Assembly (NCBI GenBank): GCA_000708835.1
Contig: DF237517.1
Location: forward strand, 1 to 37,241
DNA: 37,241 bases
Reading direction: 5' to 3'
Source of the DNA: Klebsormidium nitens
Lineage: Eukaryota > Plantae > Klebsormidiophyceae
Numbering within the stretch: the stretch's first letter is position 1; each line of letters starts with the position of its first letter. Shown here one piece after another: positions 21,690 to 30,705 of the stretch. Both the position numbers and the translations under genes were made by a program. The notes under the pieces are model-generated. The model worked only from the letters and a program-made list of their open reading frames with translations. It ran no database searches and was not told the DNA's origin.

Positions 21690-22090
21690 GCCCACTCCCG
21701 TGCCGCCACGTGTCCCCCCGTCCGTCCCGGCCGGGTGGCCTCGATGGATCGCTAAGGGTCCCCGTCCCGTCCCGACCCGCTCCGGAATCGAAAAAGCCAT
21801 GTAGGTACGCAAGGCATCTGGACAGTTTTGGACTTATACGTCGACGCAAGCCAGGCCCTCACATTGCACCACGTGGAAGCACGTTCAAAATTCCGGAGTT
21901 TGCCTTCGTATACGTGGTCGAATGTCTGGGCTTTCTGGTCGGACCGTCCCGACCGGACCGTCCCGTGTGGCAGCAATGCGGGCCTATAAATTCCAAATTT
22001 CCGAACGTAAATTCTCATTTCCAGCATCCACCGCCCCAACCAAGGTCCGAAGTTCCGAATGTATAGCCTCATTCCCAGCATCCATCAGCA
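21690..22090. repeat. GC-rich segment with clustered CCGTCCCG-type motifs and a duplicated CTCATT(T/C)CCAGCATCCA
   Basis: Motif clusters near 21715-21780 and 21940-21966, and a short direct repeat near 22015 and 22068. Confidence 0.45.
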
Positions 22091-22451
22091 GAATAAGCGA
22101 GCTGGCCGTCGCTAGAGTGCAGCTCAAGGCAGAGAGCAAGACCGCCGAGCTGTCAGCTGGGGTAGCTTCCTGTGCGTCCTCTGTGGGTGGTGCCTGTGCG
22201 GCCGGGACCTGTTCTTCTGTGGCTGGACCATGGTTAGTTGCTCAGTCCGATCATCATCTTGAGAAGGTGGCCAGAGCATAAGCGGCCCTGGCAGCACAAG
22301 CACCCCAAGTTGACCCCCGCTCTAATTCTTCAGAATCCAGTGGCAGCTTGCAAGCAAAGGGGGCCTGCCATCGCTGGGAATTGCACTTGCGCCCTTCTGG
22401 CCCGTAAAAACCGCGCTTCTAGACAGTAAGCTTTCAAGTTTCCATGTAGGC

Positions 22452-22904
22452 ATGGCCGAGGTGGTTTCCGTTGATCTAGGGTTGTTGGAAAAAACTTGTG
22501 CACGGTGCGGAAACAGGTCGCCTAGAAGCATTCTTGCGACTCAAAGCGTCTTTCAATCTGACAACTTCCGGTCCTTTCTCGTCTATCAGGAAAGTGGCGG
22601 TTCAAGCAACGAAGCTGTGTCCGACGGAGAGGACATAGAGGACGTGGAGTTCCACCAGGAGGAAGAGTCTTCTGACGAGGAGACCTCGCAGGACCGGGCG
22701 TTCAGGAATGATTCGCCTCAACCACTGGGCCGTTCCCCAGTCAGTGTGTATGCTGCAATGGACGCAGAGCTTTGGCCGTCAGACACAGAGTCGGGCATGC
22801 AGTTGGGGGGGCGCAAACGAAGCGAGCGGGGAGAAAGCGATCAGAGCACAGAGTTGCAGCTACGTGGGAGGGGTCGTCGCCGGGTGGTCATGTCTTCACT
22901 TAAG
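22452..22904 (+). CDS. Hypothetical acidic low-complexity protein with CxxC, runs into an assembly gap
   Basis: ATG at 22452, CARC motif, D/E-rich middle. Confidence 0.4.
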
Positions 22905-22927
22905 NNNNNNNNNNNNNNNNNNNNNNN
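22905..22927. other. Assembly gap (N run)
   Basis: Run of N. Confidence 1.
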
Positions 22928-23124
22928 TTTATTTTCATCTAAAGATTTTCTCCGAATAAACATTTATCAGGTAAGAGGTTCCGTTTCTGCACGCGCCGCC
23001 AATCTGGCAAAAAACGGTGACAACTACAACAAAAAAGGTGACAACCACAACTCAAGAGACCATTTGTTTCACAATTGAGTACAGAGAACCAGCCTACCCT
23101 ATTTCATGCAAATGTTCGTCAAGT

Positions 23125-23421
23125 TCAGAACTCATTCCGGGCCGCCTTCTGCTTGCCCGTCAAACGTTCAGCCCTACTTTCATTGGCGAGACTGGTGTTG
23201 TTCGTGACAGATCCTGCAACCTGCTTTGCCGTTCCTGCAACCTTGTCGCCAGTGGCCTCTGCCTGCTTCCGAGCCTTTGCAGCGTCTATCTCTGCTTGCC
23301 CCTTCTCACGCTGTGCGGCACCCTTGCTTTTGAGGCGATTACTGAAAACCTTCCCCGTGGCTTCTTTTGAAGCTCCGACGGCCTTGTCAACATAACCTGA
23401 TGTCTTGTTGGACGTGGACAT
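23125..23421 (-). CDS. CsbD/LEA-like small hydrophilic stress protein (98 aa)
   Basis: A/K/G/T-rich with the pattern DKAVGASKEATG...EKGQAEIDAA...DKVAGTAKQVAGSVTNN, resembling CsbD-like and fungal HMP1-like proteins. Confidence 0.7.
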   Translation of the reverse strand: MSTSNKTSGYVDKAVGASKEATGKVFSNRLKSKGAAQREKGQAEIDAAKARKQAEATGDKVAGTAKQVAGSVTNNTSLANESRAERLTGKQKAARNEF

Positions 23422-23450
23422 GCTCAGCTATATGTCAAGGAAAAAAATGT

Positions 23451-24277
23451 TCAGAAGGCGGCACACGTGCAGTTGCATTGAAGGCGCTGCCGATTATCTT
23501 GCAAGGTCATCCGCCTGCTCTCTGGTGCTCTCAAAGTACTAGAGCTCTGCTTACAAGCGTACTCTCCGCCGACCCATCCCATTGGGACACAGTCGACGAG
23601 TTCGACCTCGCTTTTGGGGTCGCTCATCACGAGCTTCACGGAGATTGGAGCCTGAATCTGCCCGTTGTGGACGAAGCTCGTGCCCCAGTCACGCTTTAAA
23701 GGGACGTAACTGCCCGCAGGCGAGCGAATGAGCATCGCATCGTACGAACCCTGGCCGGCCAAGTTCAGAACTCGAAGGGACTGCCAATAGGGAGTGCCTT
23801 CGATCGATACAACAGGAGGCCCCACTCTCTTGCAATGCACTCTGCGGTATTGCAGTGCAAAGTGGCCGATCGCCATCGTACTTACCAGCTCGCTGAAGGC
23901 TTTCCCAGACAAGTCGAAATGATGTGCATCGGCACCACACCACTGCTCGTTGCCCTGAGTCGGGCAATAGTCGGTGATCGTAACCACGACGGACCTGCCA
24001 GTACATACGGGATTTCCTAAGCACTTGATCTCGTAGCATGCCCCGCAGTTTGCACCGCCCTTGTAAAGCTGATCGCTGCCGGCTGCAAAGAGAGGGCCGT
24101 AGGTCGCCCCCTGGATTCCAGCAATGCTGCGGCTGAGGTCACTGAAGCCGCATTTCCAGCATAACCGCCGGACACGTCATCAACTCCCGTATAGTAAGTA
24201 GCGGTCCCTGCCAGCCAGCCCGGCTCCTGAGAAACTACGCAGCTGGTTAAAGATAGGAGCACAAAGAAGAATATCAT
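23451..24277 (-). CDS. Intronless expansin (signal peptide, DPBB domain, CBM63-like domain) with one apparent -1 frameshift at 24153-24155
   Basis: MIFFFVLLSLTSCVVS signal peptide, then ATYY, (G)KCGF, YG...AAGS..LY.GG..CGACYEIKC, VTITDYCP, HHFDLSG.AF, YRRVHC and RDWG. Adding one A to an AAA run gives a 275-aa ORF. Confidence 0.9.
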
Positions 24278-24314
24278 CGTTCTGCAATACGGGTAGAAAA
24301 AGTGACAAAGAGCA

Positions 24315-24596
24315 TCACCGTTTGTAGGTGGCTGCAGCGAGCTGCATGGCATCCTTGTACGTCTTGCCAAGCGGTTTGATGTCATCGTAAACACTCTTCA
24401 CGTGGTCTAACCACGCCTGGAGTTTAGGATTATTGATGGCATTCTCGTGCCTTTTCCGAGACACAATGGTCCTGGACTTTCCATCATGAGTCGCGTACAT
24501 GAGGTCCTTCTTTTTGAGGCCCGATGAGGTGTGGTCCTTCTCAGACTTCATGACCTGCCTCCTCTCTAGTCTGTACTTTTTGATGTGCGATGCCAT
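24315..24596 (-). CDS. DVNP: DVNP-like (dinoflagellate/viral nucleoprotein) basic protein, 93 aa
   Basis: RRQVM...HTSSGLKKKDLMY...TIVSRKRH...LQAW..V matches the recalled DVNP pattern R.QV...T.GGL.K.DL...IVSKK...AW. Confidence 0.75.
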   Translation of the reverse strand: MASHIKKYRLERRQVMKSEKDHTSSGLKKKDLMYATHDGKSRTIVSRKRHENAINNPKLQAWLDHVKSVYDDIKPLGKTYKDAMQLAAATYKR

Positions 24597-24679
24597 TCTT
24601 TTTGATTCGCTGTGCAATGGCATCACAAAAAAATTGGGACGAGAATTTTGCACTCTGTTTTTCCTGGACAGTATGACAG

Positions 24680-25876
24680 ATGGAATGGAGCCGACTCGTT
24701 GCAGCAGCCAGCGCTGGGGACGGGATGGCAGTCGACCACCTGATCGAAGCACGCTTGAAGGGGGAGCTTCCACCAAGCGAAGAGCAGGCCTTTGAAGAGA
24801 GTTGCTTCCTGTATTGGTTCCGTGATGGGCCGTATTCTCAAGAGGCACGGAAGAATGCAACCTCTCATGACCCCGAGGAGAGCAACCTGAGCCGTGACAA
24901 GAATGCCAGCCGTATGGACTTTCGGTTCATAGAGGCCTCCCACATGTCACGGCTCCTCGGCCTCGGTTTGGAAGGGTCCTGGGACGTCTCTGTGACTTTC
25001 CACCCCCACAGTTCGAACAAGGTTCGTGTCCATATTGTTGAGGAGCCTGAAGCCCCAAAAGTTGATTGGTACGCCCAGTCGCGTGCTTGGCAGAGGTCTG
25101 GATACAAGCTCGTGCGGGAGTGGAAGCGGGCGAGGGTGGCGAGCGTGAGGCAGAACCTGTCGATGCAAGCCTTTCAGAAACGTGGGCAGCTCGCGAGGAG
25201 CGTGAGCTACATCATCCAGTGTTTCAGTTCGACTTCCAAAGGAACGTCAAGAAGCGCCGTGGCTGACCTGACCCTCAAAGCTTCGCTCGGAGAAACAGAC
25301 GAAGAGGATCCTGGCAGCAGTACAAACATCTTGCGCGTGCTCCTCTCTGCCACATGTACAGCAACAAATGAGTTGGGCGGACAGGTGAGTCACAGGGGCC
25401 AGATCGACCTCTACGGAGGCAGCTTTTGCAGCTTGGCGGATTGGTCGGTCAAAGAGTCTGCAAAGTTGGACGTTCCCGACAGCTGTGATGCTCATCATGG
25501 TGCGTCCACCCTGAGATGTAACCGACTGGATGACCTCTCGGGAGTTGGGGACGTGTCCGACATGCAGCTTGACACGATGTGGCTTCTCCAAGACAAGGGG
25601 ATGCACACTTTTCGGGCATCGGTCAAGCACGAGCTTGAGGTGGCACGAGAGAGCCGCAAGAGTAAGCTGCTAGGCCGGGTCTCTCGGCTGTTCCAGGACC
25701 CCGTGTCATCGGTCCTGTCGGTTTCCAATTCTCTGTCTGTGTATGTGACATGTGATCTGTCGTTTTCCGACTTTCTCAACAAGCTGGGTATGATGCGGCG
25801 TGTGAGGGACCAGGCACTGAAACCCAATCAAGGAATCCAGCGCCTGACAAACGTGGGGGCCTCTGCACGTTTTTAG
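24680..25876 (+). CDS. Hypothetical protein (398 aa)
   Basis: Long intronless ORF divergent from DVNP. Confidence 0.65.
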   Translation: MEWSRLVAAASAGDGMAVDHLIEARLKGELPPSEEQAFEESCFLYWFRDGPYSQEARKNATSHDPEESNLSRDKNASRMDFRFIEASHMSRLLGLGLEGSWDVSVTFHPHSSNKVRVHIVEEPEAPKVDWYAQSRAWQRSGYKLVREWKRARVASVRQNLSMQAFQKRGQLARSVSYIIQCFSSTSKGTSRSAVADLTLKASLGETDEEDPGSSTNILRVLLSATCTATNELGGQVSHRGQIDLYGGSFCSLADWSVKESAKLDVPDSCDAHHGASTLRCNRLDDLSGVGDVSDMQLDTMWLLQDKGMHTFRASVKHELEVARESRKSKLLGRVSRLFQDPVSSVLSVSNSLSVYVTCDLSFSDFLNKLGMMRRVRDQALKPNQGIQRLTNVGASARF

Positions 25877-25903
25877 GGGGTCGCAAAAGTCCCGAGGCTT
25901 CTC

Positions 25904-26467
25904 ATGGAGATGACGCCAGCTTACAATGGCCAGGAGGACTACTCGCTGCTGGAAACAAAATCGATCAGCGACTGGATGTTTCTCGCAGACCTGCCCGATG
26001 CTGCCGCATTTGCCAAGGCTTCTTTGGAGGTCGATCGCCTCCTGAAGCCCTTGCAGACAGAGCAGGAGGCCTGTGGAAAGGAGGTTGCAGAGGCCCGTCG
26101 GAGGCTGTCAACGTTCGAGGAGGGTTTGTCCCGGGTCATGAATCACGTGCATGAGGCCTCCGCCATCGAAGTCATACAAAGCCTTGTCAAAGATGTGAAG
26201 AACGGGCTGGAAAGGGACTTGACTGAGAAGGTGCTCCGGTTGGAACAGATACATGCAAAGCTGGCTGCTTTCTACGAAGTAACAAGCAAGATGAAACGGG
26301 CAATCAATCCTGACATGTGTGGGGAGTGCCCGGTCTGCACTCACGCTCAGGTCAGGCTTGCAATGATTCCGTGCGGTCATTGCATATGTGACGAGTGCTA
26401 TCGAGGCCGGAGCGTGTGTCACTACTGCCGCAGCCTGGTTGAACGGGCATTGCGGATCTATCTCTGA
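25904..26467 (+). CDS. Coiled-coil protein with C-terminal C3HC4 RING finger (putative E3 ligase)
   Basis: CPVC...PCGHCICDEC...CHYCR at the C-terminus. Intronless. Confidence 0.85.
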   Translation: MEMTPAYNGQEDYSLLETKSISDWMFLADLPDAAAFAKASLEVDRLLKPLQTEQEACGKEVAEARRRLSTFEEGLSRVMNHVHEASAIEVIQSLVKDVKNGLERDLTEKVLRLEQIHAKLAAFYEVTSKMKRAINPDMCGECPVCTHAQVRLAMIPCGHCICDECYRGRSVCHYCRSLVERALRIYL

Positions 26468-27362
26468 GCCAAGGGTGATCCAAGGCTTCCCTCGCTGTCG
26501 CTCTCGACTCGACGTTCCTGTTGAGCAGCCGTTTCAGAAAGTCTTTTGCGGGCAGGCTGAGGTCCGCATTGTCAATGTCAGGCTCGTCCCTCAGCACGGC
26601 CTTGAAGATCTCCGAGTCCGTCCTCCCAAAGAAGGGCCGTGTTCCGATCAACAGGATGTATGTCAGGACCCCCACGCTCCACTCGTCTGCCTTGAGATTG
26701 TAGGCCTGCTTTAGGACTTCTGGCGCGACAAAAAATGGGCTCCCCACTACTTCCTTGACAGTTTCGTTCTCTTGACACTTGTAGGACAGACCAAAGTCTA
26801 TTGCTTTTATGATGTTGTCCTTCTCGTTGGCAAAGATGAAGTTTTCAGGCTTGATGTCCCGGTGGATCACGTTCTTCTCATGCATGTAGGCAACTGCCGT
26901 GAGGATCTGCCACACCAACTCGACCGCGGTTGCCTCCTTGTATGGCCCCTGGTTGCTGAGGATGTCATCCATCAGCTCGCCACCTTGGCATAGCTCCATC
27001 ACAATGTACACGTTCATCAAGTCCTCGTAAGCTGCCATGAACTCCACTATCCCCTCGTGGCCTGACAGCAGGCTCAAGATCTGGACCTCTCTGTGAACGT
27101 CCATAATGGCGGCCTCACTGATCATGGAGCTCTTTGGGATGATCTTCACGGCCACAGTGCCGCCCTTTTGTGACTTGGCCTCTGCGATGTGCGTCCTGCC
27201 AAAAGATCCGCGACCAATCTCCTCCTTGACCGTGTACATGTCCTTAAAGTGCCGGTTGAACCCAAAATCTTTGTTTGCCAGGGTTGTCCTTGGAACAGTC
27301 TGCTCTGGCGATGGTTCATCCTGGGTCTCATGATCTCTTTGCTTCCCGATGCACAGCCCCAT
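26352..27362 (-). CDS. Intronless CDPK-related Ser/Thr kinase (CRK-like) lacking the C-terminal regulatory domain, 336 aa
   Basis: MGLCIGK acylation motif, DFGFNRHF, GRGSFG, VAVKIIPK, DVHREVQIL, VYIVMELCQGGEL, HRDIKPEN, KAIDFGLS, VGSPFFVAPEVL, RPFFGRTDSEIF and HPWL. Confidence 0.9.
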   Translation of the reverse strand: MGLCIGKQRDHETQDEPSPEQTVPRTTLANKDFGFNRHFKDMYTVKEEIGRGSFGRTHIAEAKSQKGGTVAVKIIPKSSMISEAAIMDVHREVQILSLLSGHEGIVEFMAAYEDLMNVYIVMELCQGGELMDDILSNQGPYKEATAVELVWQILTAVAYMHEKNVIHRDIKPENFIFANEKDNIIKAIDFGLSYKCQENETVKEVVGSPFFVAPEVLKQAYNLKADEWSVGVLTYILLIGTRPFFGRTDSEIFKAVLRDEPDIDNADLSLPAKDFLKRLLNRNVESRATAREALDHPWLRDRSAMPVQPGCGSSDTRSGLDSTRHICNDRTESLQA

Positions 27363-27369
27363 GTGCCTC

Positions 27370-28140
27370 TTATACCGCTGTATTTTCTCCAAAATGCAGC
27401 TCATAGATGCATGTAAAGAATTCCTGAAGGCCACCGAACCAGGGAAGGTGGGATTCTGCCGTGACCAAGTAGAACCTCCCATCGTGCTGTACGACACAGG
27501 TGGGGTCTGTGATGGCCCGCTCGAGCTGGGCCTCCACCTCTGCAAAGCTCATCTGCCAGCTCTTTACATCCAGCCGCCATACAAACGGGTTGTGTTTGAC
27601 CTCGCCCTTGGGGCCTGCCGTCGTACGGTGTCCAAAGCCGACGTAGACACGGTCGTCGACCGGGGTCTTGTAACCAGGGGTGCCACCGCGCAGGCTGTAG
27701 TCCGGGCTCTCCTTCCGGGCCCTGACTCGCCTCCAAGTATCGGGGTAGGGCGACTCGGTTGTAGACAGCACGGTCAGGGGTCGGAGCCACTCGATGCAGA
27801 GGAGCTCGTCGCCGTGGGAGATGAGGCTGAGATTCTTGCCCTTTGAGGGAAGCTTGCACGGTCGGAAGTTGTCAGCTGGCACGATCAAGCTGCTGCTGCC
27901 CCAGGTGTTGTCCAGCAGGTAGTCCGTGCCCTTGTGTGAGATGCACCTCGGGTCCTCCCCAGGGCACGTTTGGCCGAAATCATGCACGATGGTCCAGCCA
28001 CGTGGGTCAATCAGGCAGCGGCCCAGGATCCTCTGGTCGTATCGGAGCCGATAGAAAGAGTCAAACATCCCGGTCGCGTCGCTTCGGAGTATGTAGAAGA
28101 TAGTGCCCGGCGGTGTAGGCACTCGGGCAGTGTTCCTCAT
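27370..28140 (-). CDS. Putative five-bladed beta-propeller glycoside hydrolase/transferase (GH130/BMT-like)
   Basis: GEDPR, GKNL, LRGGTP and GFGH motifs in the expected order. Confidence 0.55.
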   Translation of the reverse strand: MRNTARVPTPPGTIFYILRSDATGMFDSFYRLRYDQRILGRCLIDPRGWTIVHDFGQTCPGEDPRCISHKGTDYLLDNTWGSSSLIVPADNFRPCKLPSKGKNLSLISHGDELLCIEWLRPLTVLSTTESPYPDTWRRVRARKESPDYSLRGGTPGYKTPVDDRVYVGFGHRTTAGPKGEVKHNPFVWRLDVKSWQMSFAEVEAQLERAITDPTCVVQHDGRFYLVTAESHLPWFGGLQEFFTCIYELHFGENTAV

Positions 28141-28240
28141 TGTGATGCCGCGGATGCAGTCGGTTGGAAGCATGAGTGTCCTGTAGGCTACACAGGAGAA
28201 ACGGCCACCGATGGACCGCACGGATTCAGTTCCGGCTCTG

Positions 28241-29914
28241 TTACTTCCATCCTATCCCGGTTGACGTTACAGTTGGCTTGTTGGCATTGTTGTTCTTGGA
28301 CACAAAAGGATTTTTGCTGGTGTTTGTCTGGTTGAAGCCGTTTACGGCCATTGCTTTTGACAAGTTCGACCCTCTTACTGCCTGAGCTGCATTGACAGAT
28401 TGCCCAATGTTCTTGGACACGAAAGGATTTTTGCTGGTGTTTGTGTGATTAAAGCCGTTTGCAGCCATTGATTTTGAGAGGTTCTGCCCGGTGAGCGCTC
28501 TTACAGCCTCTGCGGCATTTGCGACTTGGACACCGTTCTTTGCACCAACCACGCTCTTGGTATTGTTCTGGATGGTGTTTTGCAGAACTTTACTCGGAGC
28601 TCCCGCCTTCTTTGCAATATTTTTAAGCCCTTCCTGACCGGTTGCTTGCAATCCGTTGCCAATGAGGGCAACCTGCGTTGCTGCTAACTTGGAAGCGTCA
28701 TGGTCGGGTCTTTGGTTGAGCTGCGACCTAGCATTGTTGCTATTGAAGTTTGCAAAGTTGGGAGCATTGATTGCTTTTGCCGCCAAAACCACTGCATCAG
28801 TGGGGGGCATACCACCGGTGGGAGTCGTTGCATTCTGCGCTACTGCAACAAGCACGTCCGATGGGTTTCCTGTCTGTGCAGCACTTGCAATGCTTTCGTG
28901 ACCTTCCTTAGAAGCTACGAGGTTTTTCTTCTTCAAGGCTGTCGCAACCGCCTCAGGTGTCATCTTTTCTGGTTGATGAATGTCCTTGACGGCTCCAGTG
29001 ACTGCATTCACTGGAGGAGGGGCCCCATTCGTGGTTACAGCCGCGTTCGCAATCGCCTTTGCAGTGCTCTCTTCTCCCAATGGTGTGCTTTCAGCAACGA
29101 GGCGTTTGCCATCGGCGGATGCATCCAAGCCGTTGTTCTTTAGCGCAGCATCAACCTGCTTGTTGACCCGCTTGTTCTGATTGGCAACCCAGCTCTTCAT
29201 ATTGCCTTTACCTTTCTCAAACGCGTCCTTGTTCATGAGAGGAACCCCGTTGGCAATGCGCTTGTCGAGTGTCCGATAGTCGGGGTGCATAAACCGACCC
29301 GTCAAGGTAGTCCCAAAACGGTGATTGGCATTCCTATACTGATCAACATCTTCGAGATTCACCTTTGACCGATAAACTTTTTTAAGGTTCAGGTCATCAC
29401 CTACGTTTGCTGGGTCGTAGAAGATGTGAGTCTGACCGTCCTCTTGCGCGTCAGGAAGGTTTTTTGTGTTGAAGTCAACGTAATCCGGGTTGAGCGAGAG
29501 CCGGTCAGGCGGAGGGCTCAGACGCGATGGTGTTAAGAGTTTGCTCACCACCTTGTAAAGGCTAATATCGCCACCCTGTGCCAGAGTGCCCCTCTCTTCG
29601 AGGATCTTCCGCATCACGAAGCTCAAGCGGGCGCTGCGGGTTGCCTCGCTTGCCGCGTTGTAATCGTTGCCGTCCAGAGAAACGACGAGTTTGCCATCTT
29701 TGACAGTGATCTTGGCCTTTTCATTGCTCTCGTACCCTGGTGGGTGCTCAATGTAATTCACGAGCTCCCTTGCCAACTCGTCCAGCAAATCCTGCACGTG
29801 CTTTTCATAGTACAGAAAGGTATCACTGCCATATTCGTGCTTCGTAGCCTCCGATTGTGCGTCACGCAACTCCATCAACCACTTGTCTACAAAGTCCCCG
29901 ATCGTCACTTGCAT
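28241..29914 (-). CDS. Asn/Ala/Lys-rich protein with duplicated C-terminal repeat, possible virion protein
   Basis: 557-aa intronless ORF. NLSK(S/A)MA(A/V)NGFN(H/Q)TNTSKNPFVSKN occurs twice. Confidence 0.7.
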   Translation of the reverse strand: MQVTIGDFVDKWLMELRDAQSEATKHEYGSDTFLYYEKHVQDLLDELARELVNYIEHPPGYESNEKAKITVKDGKLVVSLDGNDYNAASEATRSARLSFVMRKILEERGTLAQGGDISLYKVVSKLLTPSRLSPPPDRLSLNPDYVDFNTKNLPDAQEDGQTHIFYDPANVGDDLNLKKVYRSKVNLEDVDQYRNANHRFGTTLTGRFMHPDYRTLDKRIANGVPLMNKDAFEKGKGNMKSWVANQNKRVNKQVDAALKNNGLDASADGKRLVAESTPLGEESTAKAIANAAVTTNGAPPPVNAVTGAVKDIHQPEKMTPEAVATALKKKNLVASKEGHESIASAAQTGNPSDVLVAVAQNATTPTGGMPPTDAVVLAAKAINAPNFANFNSNNARSQLNQRPDHDASKLAATQVALIGNGLQATGQEGLKNIAKKAGAPSKVLQNTIQNNTKSVVGAKNGVQVANAAEAVRALTGQNLSKSMAANGFNHTNTSKNPFVSKNIGQSVNAAQAVRGSNLSKAMAVNGFNQTNTSKNPFVSKNNNANKPTVTSTGIGWK

Positions 29915-29943
29915 CCTCTATGTAACCAATGCCACAAAATCTT

Positions 29944-30687
29944 TCAGACTGCGAGTAGCTCTTGGTAGTGCAGCAATGCTGTTTTGAACAGGGTCTCGGC
30001 GAGGCCACCGAGCACCTCAGCATCCATGCGCAGGACAGTGCGTTCCCTTGCTGCGAGGCCCTCTCTGCGGGCGACACTCGCTGCTTGCGTGAAGCGCTTG
30101 AAGGTGAACCACATCCAGCCGAGGGACTTGTGGAAAGCCTCAAGCTTCAACCTGCTCTTCCACCAGACGTCTGCTGCCTGCTTGTAGCAGCGGCGCCTGG
30201 CAAACGCAACCAATGGGAGGCTCCTAGAGAGCCCTGAGAACTTTGCGGCGTGGATCCCGCAGCTCTCTATGAGGTACATCAAGGACGATCGGATCTCCCC
30301 GAGCGGCTGGTAATCGGGCTCTTCCGACAGAGAGTGCGGGTTGAGGTACACGTCAACAGGCTCGAGGGCCGCCATTGTGCAATAGAGGTACTGCATGACG
30401 ACGGCCAGGCGGGCGATTGCATCGTAGCTCACAGCCTTCCATTGCAGAGCATATTGCAAGGACAACTCCGCAACTCGGACGTCATCCTCGTCGGGCTTGC
30501 AGTACCATGTGTAACGAGTTATAGCGCGCAGGTCCTTCATGATGGCATCCATGCTGGTCTTCTCCGTGATGTCAAAGTCGCGCACTCTTTGATTTGGTGA
30601 GACGTTGAAGTGTTTCATGCAGTACCGGTCGTGTTTCTGGTACACTCTCTCACTACACGAAGCATCAGCACACACGCCAAAGTCCAT
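29944..30687 (-). CDS. Hypothetical protein with N-terminal C-x4-C-x10-C-x2-H motif
   Basis: ATG at 30687, 18 nt downstream of the TOP2 stop. Intronless. Confidence 0.6.
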   Translation of the reverse strand: MDFGVCADASCSERVYQKHDRYCMKHFNVSPNQRVRDFDITEKTSMDAIMKDLRAITRYTWYCKPDEDDVRVAELSLQYALQWKAVSYDAIARLAVVMQYLYCTMAALEPVDVYLNPHSLSEEPDYQPLGEIRSSLMYLIESCGIHAAKFSGLSRSLPLVAFARRRCYKQAADVWWKSRLKLEAFHKSLGWMWFTFKRFTQAASVARREGLAARERTVLRMDAEVLGGLAETLFKTALLHYQELLAV

Positions 30688-30705
30688 ACCAAGCAACCAG
30701 GCTAT

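Noticed and set aside
24627-24642. AAAAAAATTGGG resembling the mimivirus early promoter AAAATTGA
   Set aside because: Imperfect match, seen once, and not repeated upstream of the other virus-like genes.
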